A stretch of DNA of 64,000 nt from an uncultured Prevotellaceae bacterium (GTDB taxonomy: Bacteria > Bacteroidota > Bacteroidia > Bacteroidales > Bacteroidaceae), in assembly GCA_902790625.1 (NCBI GenBank), contig CADASP010000011.1, forward strand, positions 9,856-73,855. The letters are read 5' to 3'. Position numbers and translations under genes: made by a program. Under the pieces are notes generated by a model. The model saw only the letters and a list, made by a program, of their open reading frames with translations. It had not been told where the DNA came from and searched no databases. Shown in pieces: positions 45,714 to 56,000 of the stretch. Numbering within the stretch: position 1 is the first letter of the stretch; each line of letters begins with the position of its first letter.

Positions 45714-46805
45714 ATGTATGAAGCCATGAACAGTCAATTACAGCAAGTATTATCGCAGTGGCAAGCCATGCAGCCACTCAGTGAGCGTGATCAGATGCGG
45801 CTCAGCCAGCTTTTCACTGTTGACTTTAACTACAATTCAAACCATATCGAAGGCAACACACTCACATACGGACAGACCGAACTTCTTCTCATGTTCGACC
45901 AGGTTGTGCAGACAGCCAGGATGCGCGATCTGGAAGAGATGAAAGCCAGTAACGTCGGTCTGCTGATGATGAAACAAGAGGCCAGTGTCGGCGACTATCC
46001 CCTAACGGGAACCTTCATCCGCCAGCTGCACAAGACACTGCTGCGCCAGGACTATGAGGAGCATCGCACTCTTCCAGGAGGCGCCTACACTTCTTTCACC
46101 ATTCATGCCGGACAATACAAGACACGCCCCAACTCCGTCATTACCCGTTATGGAGATCGCTTCGAGTATGCCTCGCCCGAAGAGACCCCAGCGCTGATGA
46201 CCGACCTTGTCAACTGGTACAACGACACAGAGCGTGAAGGCTCCATGCACCCCGTTGAACTGGCTACGCTGTTCCACTACCGCTACATCCGTATTCATCC
46301 CTTCGAGGATGGCAATGGTCGGATAGCCCGTCTGCTGGTGAACTACATTCTCTCGCGCCATGGCTATCCCATGGTCGTGGTCCGGTCGCGCAAAAAGAAG
46401 GAATATCTCGAAGCCCTCCACCAGGCCGACATCCGCGTAGGCCCTGTGCCTTCAGATGGCGCTCATGCCACACTCGAGCAGATAAAGCCGTTCCACAGCT
46501 ATTTCACCCGTCTGGTGACAAGTGAAATTAAGTTTACCATCGACTTCCTGACGGCACGCGAGCAGACCACCTGGTGGTTCGACGGCGAGCGCATCACCTT
46601 TAACAGCCCTACCGTGAGCACCATCCTTCAGGCTATGCACGACAATCCCGATGTCACCGTCACGCAGTTGGCCGAGACCGCGGGGGTCAGCAGGACGGCG
46701 GTGCAGAAAACCGTGAAGTCGCTCGTCGACAAAGGCTATGTCTTGCAGAATGCTGACATCCTCGGACGTTGGCATGTCGTCATTGCCTGCTCGTTGTGGG
46801 GATAG
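45714..46805 (+). CDS. Fic-domain protein with C-terminal HTH
   Basis: NYNSNHIEGNTLT; catalytic HPFEDGNGRIAR; tail ILQAMHDNP.VT..QLAE..G.SRTAVQK..KSL..KG. Start at ATG 45714. Confidence 0.92.
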   Translation: MYEAMNSQLQQVLSQWQAMQPLSERDQMRLSQLFTVDFNYNSNHIEGNTLTYGQTELLLMFDQVVQTARMRDLEEMKASNVGLLMMKQEASVGDYPLTGTFIRQLHKTLLRQDYEEHRTLPGGAYTSFTIHAGQYKTRPNSVITRYGDRFEYASPEETPALMTDLVNWYNDTEREGSMHPVELATLFHYRYIRIHPFEDGNGRIARLLVNYILSRHGYPMVVVRSRKKKEYLEALHQADIRVGPVPSDGAHATLEQIKPFHSYFTRLVTSEIKFTIDFLTAREQTTWWFDGERITFNSPTVSTILQAMHDNPDVTVTQLAETAGVSRTAVQKTVKSLVDKGYVLQNADILGRWHVVIACSLWG

Positions 46806-47080
46806 GCAGTCACGGCGCAACCCTCAATAAAAAACTACCGCTATACCGCTTGGCCGGACTTGCTGCTGGGCAGCGCCGACAGCGCAGAGCGTCCATATAT
46901 AGATGAATAATAGAAAACAAAATAGGCATATTGATATGAAAACACATACATCGACAGTTCACTACCGAACTGTTTCAGATAATACTAACCCCTCCCATCG
47001 CCCGACAGGATTCCCCTGCTGGGCTTTCTGCGTTGTACACGGTAAGATTGAGAATTAACGATAGAAAAACAACATAAGTC

Positions 47081-50000
47081 ATGAAACAGATTTTTAAGAT
47101 AAACAACAACAACAAAGTGCAACACACTGCTGCCGCCGCCCCGCTGGCTGGGCGGCAAAAGCACAAGCACTACAGAACCACAACAGCCACGACAGGCCTC
47201 GCCTGCCGGGCCTTGCTCGTCCTCGCACTCCTCATGGGGTGGGGGAGCAGAGCCACGGCACAAGGGGAATGGGAACTTTGGACTGGTAACACACATAATA
47301 ATCGTAATTCAATAGCGTTCGATGATTTTCCCTCCAGTTTAGATGACTATAATGTTTTTCGTATATATACGTCAGATAACGGTGTTGGCACTATCTCTAC
47401 AGGTTGGAGTAACTCTGTTCTTAAATCAGGGGCTACTTCAATACCTCAAGGCAAGTATTATGTTCAAGAGTTGAATTGCTATCAGATACCTCTGTCTGAA
47501 TTTGATGACCTTCTTAATAAGGTAAAAAATCAGAGTGGTTTGATTATAGCTACAGGATGGGAACAATATCTCACAAAAGTTTCTTTGGCCAAGTCGATAA
47601 TTGTAGACTTTGAGTTTGACGGCACGCCCACAAATACCGACATCACTCAGACGCTTGACAGCCGCACAGACGTAACTTCTGTTACGCTTGACTGGACAGG
47701 GGCAAAGACCACTCCTGCTATCACGTCGACAGGCTATAAGTATGCCCGTTTCTATGTGGTAGACCAGAGCGGCACGCCCTTGTCGCCCACTGACAATGCA
47801 CATAAGTTGACTGTCAATGGTGGAACTGCTTGCGTTAAAGCCACCAGCGGCTATTATGTCTATAGTGGCGGCAGCGACATAACCCTACCCATTGTGACAC
47901 TGTCCTGCACTGGAGGCGACGTGCGCGATTACAGTGTCGTTTGCTGGTTAGCCACCACTACCGACAACATCAATGCCACGGGCAACGACGTGGCTGAGGA
48001 ACCAGACATTGACGTGAGCTATACCTATAGTTTCGTGAAACCTGCACTGACAGAGACCGTCTACAAGACGGGCGACATCGCATGGGGCACCACCATGCAG
48101 GCCGATGCCTCCGAGGGCGCTCCTACAGACTGGGACGTTACTTGGGCCGAGCTTTCGCGCGAGCAGCGTGTTGTGTGGTATGTCACCGACGGCACCACGA
48201 AGCAGACGCTGGCCCTTGGCACGGCTGCGCAAGCCAATACATGGGTGCTGAACCTGCCTACCGACAAGTTCACCGTCAGCAGCAACGAGGCAGTGCTCAC
48301 CGGCCAGACCACCTTCACCGCTACCGAGTGGGACACCTGGGGCAAGCCCGCCCTCATAGCCCCGAGCGGCATGGCCTACGCCGATGTCCATACCTACAAA
48401 GTGGTTTGCGAGGTCTACGAGACCGCCGCTGGCACCGTGCCCAACGTGCGCTACACCTTCTCCTTCACCAAGGACTTCCTCGGCGAGCTGAAGAGCGGCG
48501 TGACGGCCACCACCGTGCCCGTCGTCCTGGCTGATGCCAACGCCACGAGCCACGAGCTGACCGACATCACCCTGCCCACCGGGGCTAAGTATGCCCGTTT
48601 CTACCTGACTGATGTCACCGGCACACCTGTTGACCCCACGGGCAAGCTCAGCGTAAGCGGCACAGTCAGCACCGTGAGCGGTCATGCCGAATACGGCTAT
48701 TATATATATAATGAAAGTGGCATCGCCTCGACGCCTACCGTGACGTTGACACTCTCGGATGCCACGCTCAACCAGTACCGCGTGGTGATGGTCGCCTCGG
48801 CCGACAACGCTGTCACCGATGGCGGAGCCGTCGTCAACGAGCCGGACTATGACGCGCAGACCACCTGGACTTTCAAGTACCCCGTCAGCCATACCGAGGC
48901 CACGGGCGAGGTGGAGTGGAGTCCCGTCGCCATGACCGTGCCCCTCGACATCGATACCCATAAGGGCAGCGGCTATCTGTCCACCCTTACCGACTACCAC
49001 GTCGTGTGGACGGTAGAGGACGGCGGCACCGCCCAGTCTCTCACTACGGGTACTGCCCGTCAGGCCAGCACCTGGACCTACAGCGTGGATGGCAACAACG
49101 CCACCTTCTATGCTCCCACCGGTCAGACCTTCGCCAACATGAGCAACGTCACCTTCGTCGCCCGCCTCTATGAGACGGCGACTGGTGAGAATGATGCCGA
49201 CAAGAGCCTTACCTACACCGTCAGCATCACCCGCACGGAGTTCCTCGGCACGCTGAAGGGCACCGGCAACACGGATAGCGAGACGGTGACGCTCGAAGAT
49301 GGCAGTGCCGCCACGGTCGACGTGCCCCTGAGCCACGCCACCCTCAGCGGTGCCAAGTACGCCCGCGTATGGCTCACGCAGGGTGGCACGATGGTCAGCC
49401 CCGTCGGCAAGCTCTCTGTGCCCACGGGCATGAAGGCCTTTGGCACGAACCACGACGCCACCTACGGCTACTACCTCTACGACGAGAATGGCATCACCCT
49501 CACCGACGTCACCCTCGCAGCCCCCGGCAGCTACACCGACTACCAGGTGCACGTTGCCCTCTCCGTCGATGCCCCCATCAGCTATGCCGACTTCGCCCGC
49601 ACCGACAGCCCCCGCCGCGCTCCAGCAGATGCTTACGAGCCCGACTACGACTATGAGTACACCATCTCCTTCCAGGACAACTCGATGAAGGTCATTAAGA
49701 TCTATGTGCAGGCAAGTGATAGTGAAGGACAGGTAGATTATCCCGCTAACCTTCAATCTACTGTTGTGGATTACTTCACAGAGCAGTCATGGACTTTGAA
49801 TGCCGAGAACTGCTTTGCCAAGTGGGATGTAATTAAAGATGGAAATCTTGTCCCCTTCACCGCGTGGAACGCCTCCGTCCAGTTTACCGACAATAATAAT
49901 TTCGCCCACAATGTCGATGACAACAAGAAATACATTTACAGTGCTGGTTCCAATTCTTGGGAACAGAGCACCTTGGCTCAGACCCTAAACCAAAATCTGC

Positions 50001-53000
50001 GTTTCCCTGTCGGTAAGTATCAGCTTGGCAGTGTTGTCGAGCTGTGGGTGACCAACGAGAATAGTCACACCGCCGCCGACCCTGCTGACGGCTACAAGGT
50101 GAAGGTGGAAGTCCACTTCAACGAAGATGGCCTTGCTCCCTTTGATCTGATAAACGAGACCGACATTGCTGCCGACAAGGTAGTGGTTCCTGTGACTGCC
50201 TTCAAGTCAGCCGACCGCGTGCTCGACCTTACCGATGCCTTGGCTGCCAATGCCAAGTACGTGCGTGTCTACCTGACCAAGCAGGGAGGATATGACGAGG
50301 CAAGCGAGAACCTGCAGATCACCTACGATGGCAGCAGCAGCGACGTGGTGCAGTGTGAAAGGACGAAGTACGGCTACTACCTCTCGTTGGCCGAGGGCAT
50401 CGACGTGTCGAAGCTGCGTGTGCGGGTGAACCTTACTCCCGACGAGATGCTGAAGTACAACGTGGTGATGGTGTCGGCCGACAGCCAGCTTACGGGTGCC
50501 CAGGAGCCGACATGGCAGAAGAAGCGCGTCTACACCTTCCAGAAGGAGATATCCCGCCAGGTCATGGCCGACATGGCGAACAATGAGCAGACGTCCATCC
50601 CCGCCTTCAACCTGCAGAGCGACATCCTGACACGCCTCGATGCTCAGGTGTCCGACTTCTCCAAGACACTCTATGGTCGATGGTATGTGATTGATAAGAA
50701 TGGTGTAAAGCAGCCCGTTACAGGTGGCAACGGCTCCAACAGCCCCAGCTGGTCGTTCGACATCCGATGGTCGGGCTTGGGCTCTTGGCAGAATGTCGAC
50801 AATGTGCTGAGGTTCTACACTGGCATGGAGTACGACAATAATGGCACCACGTTCACTGTCACACCTGCCTACATCGAAGGCGCTGACGGCTGGGCAGCTC
50901 AGGTGGCTGAGGTGGGTGGCATCCATGTGCCACAGTCCTCCAGCCTCAACAACTATGTCAACTGGAGCGTAGTGTTCGAGTTCTGCGATGAGTACGACCC
51001 CTCTTCTGGCACCGACCCCGACTACAAGTTGCGTTATGTTGTCACCATCAGCGACCCCACCGCCTTCGAAGGCACCGGCCCCGCTGGTGATGAGCATGTG
51101 CAGGAGGTGAACCGCAATGCCTCATCGGTGAATGTGGCCCTGGCCCCATCCTTAGCCCACCCGACGCTGAGCGGCGACGTGAAGTATGCTCGCTATTATC
51201 TTACCGATGCCCAAGGCAATGCCATTGACCCCACAGGGCTGCTCACCGTGAGCTACGATGGAGGCACCGTAACCACATGCAACGTGCCTGAGCACGGCTT
51301 CTATATCTATCCCGGTGACGACCAGCCCATCGACAAGACGAAGATTACGGTAACTCTCACTGCTCCTAAGGCCTACAGGAGCTACCAGGTGGTGGGACTG
51401 TACTCCACCGAGCTTCTCTCCATGATTCCCGACGACTATACCACTCCGCTCAGCCGTGAGCCCAACTGGGAGCAGAAGTGCACCTATACATTCCGTTATC
51501 CTACACCTACCACCAAAGAGATAGAAATCACCATTCCATGGAGTAAGACGGGTATGAAGCTCGATGCCTCTACTACAGATGTAGAGGATGACTGGGGCAT
51601 CTCGTTCAAAGACCTCGCAGCAGGGCAGAATGTCAGGTGGTTTGTTGAGCGTAGAGGACCTGACAACCAGATACAGCGACAGCAGTTGATTGCAGGAACC
51701 GGGCGCAACACAGACACGTGGACGATTAAGGTGGCCAGTGCCTATGCTGTAAACGAAACAACTGATGAAGCAGTGTTGACAGGAAGGACAGACTTTACAG
51801 ATGCAAATTGGAATCAGATGTGGAGTACACCCACTTTCTATCCTCCCACAAATTTTCAACCCCGTGGGCCTGAGTTTGATCAATGTCGCCTAATCTGTGA
51901 GGTGGCAACAAGCGATACGCCTAATGTACCTTATGTGCGCTACATCTATACGATGGAGAAGTTCCTGGGCGACCTGAAGGATGAAGGTACTGAAGGCAGC
52001 GAAACCATCCTGATTCCCAGGGAGACTACCACTTACGATGTTCCTCTTGACAATATCTATGAGGCGTTGAACATCCCCGCCAATCAGAAAATCGTCTATG
52101 CCCGTGTGTGGCTGACGAAGAGTGATGGTACGCCGGTAGCCCCCAATGGGCTTTCATGGACACAAATGTACAATGGTAACAACCAGGCGCAGGTGCTCCC
52201 TGGCAACAGAGAAGTTTACGGCTGGTATTTCTGCTCGGCAGATATAGGTGAACATCATGTCGGAATGACTCATGGGCAACTTGCCGGCAGTCCAAATTCT
52301 TGCACGTTGTCTCTTCCTGTAGGTACCTATTCGCAGTATCAGGTACATGTGGCCCTCTCTACCGACAATCCCTCAGGAATGAGATGGAGCAATGAACACT
52401 CACGTTGGGAATACGCCAATGGAAATGTGGGGCCTGGGCAACAGAATTCTCTTCCCGGTCAGCCTGCCGAGCCCGACTTCAACTACGAGTACACCATCAA
52501 GTTCGACTACGGTTTCGAGGCTAAGAATATCAACGCGGTGAAGACGAAGTACAAGACAGCCATCTACGACGAGACAACGCGCCAGTTTAAGCCTCACTTG
52601 TTCCAGAACTGGTTGGAGGTGTCTGCCGACTGCGATGTGACGAAGGAAGGTCTTGCCAACAATGGCTACGCCCGCTGGTACTTAGAGGACCTCGATGGCA
52701 ACCGCATTCAGATTGAGGAGCTGATTTCCAACGAGCCCTACACGTCGCTGAACAACACCTACGGCTACTATCGCTACAAGTTCGACGTGAGCCACTTCGG
52801 CGACCCTCGCGGTCTTTCCGATACCGGCTATGACCCCACCATCACGCTGCCTGCTGGCTACAACTACGACGAAGTGCGCTTGGTATGCGTGGTGACCACG
52901 AATACAGAGCCTCAGGCCGAGCCTAACCAGCACCTGCCCAAAGATATTCCCGCCCAGGAGCCGCAGCAACTGCAGGTGAAGTACATCTACAACCTTGAGC

Positions 53001-56000
53001 CGCGCAGCGACTACGTCGATCTGCCCTTCGTACACTATCAGGGCGAGGCCTACAAGTATCTTATGCAGATGGGCAAGACCGACGAGGCCGCCAATCGTGA
53101 CTACATCACTGTTGAGGGCACTGCAGGCGCCACCGAGCAGTCGTGGGATTTTGAGCATAGTGTCATCTCCGAAGAGACCTTTGGCAACATCCGCCAGAAC
53201 GTGCACACCGTTGACTACTACGTCTACTTTGACCCCGCCGATGCCCAAAACAAGACATTGATGCTGCCCTCGCAGTATTACTTTGGAGGAGGTAACGACA
53301 CTGAGCCTCGTGCCTACTATCGCTGGTACGACTGGCAGACCGATATGAAATCTGATTATCTGAGCATCCACGGCTCTGAGCTGCATCTTTATCCTAACCG
53401 ACCTGAGTTGACCGAGGAAGATGTCAGCAATCCCAGCCGAGGCTTTTTCGGCATGCTGCTGAACGGCAAAAACAGTATGAATCCCTGCGATGGCAACATC
53501 GGTGTGCGCTTCAATGCTCCTGATGGCTGGGGCGCCGACTCCGAGGAGATCCTGGTGGCTTGCGATGTGTCGCGCTACCTTGACGGCATGGACGACTCGT
53601 TCACCTATCTCGTCCATGAGCCCACGCTCTCCGTGCGCTACATCTATCACATCCTTCCCGCTCAGCAAATTGCAAACAACATTGCAGACGCCGCTGTCGA
53701 CCATACGTCGGGAAGTGCAACAGGCTTACAGGCTGTGGAAGCCAATCTGAAGGCTGGAATAGATACCGAGCTTTACGAATACAACGGTCGCACGGTGGTG
53801 TCGCTCAACGGCACCACAGGTGCGTTCACCATGCGCTCCGACCTGCAGCAGCTCAGCAGCTACTGGATTTGGAGCGATGACAGCAAGACTACTCTTGTCA
53901 ATTGCACCCAGCTGCAGTGGTATGCCTATTATCTGGATGACGATGGCAAGTTGTGGAAGCATACTGTGCCGATGAATGGCCGCGAAACCTCCCGTCTGGG
54001 GCGTTTCACTTTGGCCGACCTGGGTGGCACCTACACTGCCGTTGATGGCGGTGGAACACAAGAAAAGGCTATCCAGCCTGGCGACCGTCTCTACATGATT
54101 GCCTGCATGGGCAATGGTGTTGCGGAGGCCCCTGTGGTATGGGACGAGTTTAACTTCATCGATGCCAAGCCGCTGCTCATAGGTACCGAGCGTACGGTGC
54201 CCGAGCGTACCGACCAGTATATGCACAACGAGCACACCTTGGCACAGGTGCTCGACTTCAATAACTTCTTCGACGAGGACGAGCGTTTCAACAAGCCCAC
54301 CGCCTCTAATGAAAACTATGCCACTGTGCCCATCATCTGGCCCGACGCCCAGTATGGCTTCTGCTACCCGCAGCTCTATGGCCTTTGCGGCAGCAACAAG
54401 TACGCTGATTGGGGTGTCTATGGAATCTCTCCGACTCACGGCGATTACACGCTGCTGAAGTCGATGAACATGCCAGGCGTGTCGGAAGATGCCAACTTTG
54501 AAAACCAGAGTATCGGCAGCCAGTGGTGGTGGGGAGAGCAACTCTACGACGTCACCCACACCCGTGCCGCCAATGGCAATGTGGTCACTGATGCCAACGA
54601 CTATGGCACCTTCCTCTATGTCGATGCTTCTGACGAGGCCCGCGTCATCGCCGAACTGGAGTTTGATGCCGCCCTGTGTGCCGATGCCGAGATTTATTAT
54701 ACCGCCTACGTGGCCGACATGACCGATAACGTCACCCGTCCGCAGGTGCGCTTCCGTGTGTCAACCGATGTGGATGGCAAGCGTGTGCCCGTTGTGACCT
54801 TCGAGACAGGCGACATCATTTCGGAAGGTGCCTCTACGGGCTTCTGGCATCAGGTCTATGGCCACACCACGCTGCCTGCCCGCCTGCACCACATCCTCAA
54901 CGGAACTACGCGCCACTACTATGTGTCGGTGGAGAACAGTTGTGAGGACACCAATGGTGCCGACTACTGCGTCGACCAGATCTCGTTCTACACCCACCAG
55001 GCCAGTGTGAAGGCCAGGATTGTGAGCGACATCTGCGACGATGGCCCTGTCAGGGTGAAGATTGTAGCCGAGGCCGAGCAGCTGCTGAAGTCGCTCAAGG
55101 CGCTGACCACGGCAGCTACGAAGGACGTGTTCTTCTGCATCGTGGAGCGCAGTGCCGACCTGAACCACGAGCTGCACGCTGAGGACGTCCTCACCGGTCT
55201 GGGCTATTATACCGACCAGAATAACCAGCCCAGCAATGAATATAGCGTGGTGTCGGTGCCACTTAATGAGGATCTCCTCACCAATGCCACCGACCTGCAC
55301 GACGGCACGAAAGCCAATACCGGTTTCTATTACGATGCCACCGACGATAAGGTGTACTTCCAGCTCGACGAGCGTGAGTTCCATCTGGAGCCTGGCAAGA
55401 AGTATTTCGTGTCCATCTACGACATCGCCGAGAACAGGGTCGGCAGCCTCACCGGCTGGGGCACACCCTATAGTGGCAACGCCTGTACCATCTACAGTAA
55501 CGATGTGTCGCCCAACCGCATGTACATAGATCTGAGCATCGACGGACAGTCCACCGACGGACACATCGAATTCGGCTGTAACGCCACGACGGTGACAAAG
55601 AAGTACGACATCGCCATCAACTATCCTACGGGTGACGGTTATGACAAGTACACCTTCTTCAATTACGACTTCTTCGAGCTGGCCGATGGAAAGACCAAAG
55701 CCGACTTCTTGGGCATCAATGTCACGGTTGGAGAGAAGGTTATTTCTCTCGCCGACGCCCTCCAGACGTTCCGTGATTGGATGCGCAATGACATGATTGA
55801 AAGAAGTATTCCGGAATCGGAGAGAGACTATGCTGTTCCTGGCACGGTCTATGACGAGCTTCCTAAGCCCGCTGATGACGATACGGAGCACATGGCGATG
55901 TACAACCTCATCAAGAAATACATGGGAGGTGGCGAGGATTGTCCTGAGGGCAAGCTCTATCTCTCTGCCACGAGCAGCATCGAGCGCACCTTTACAAAAG

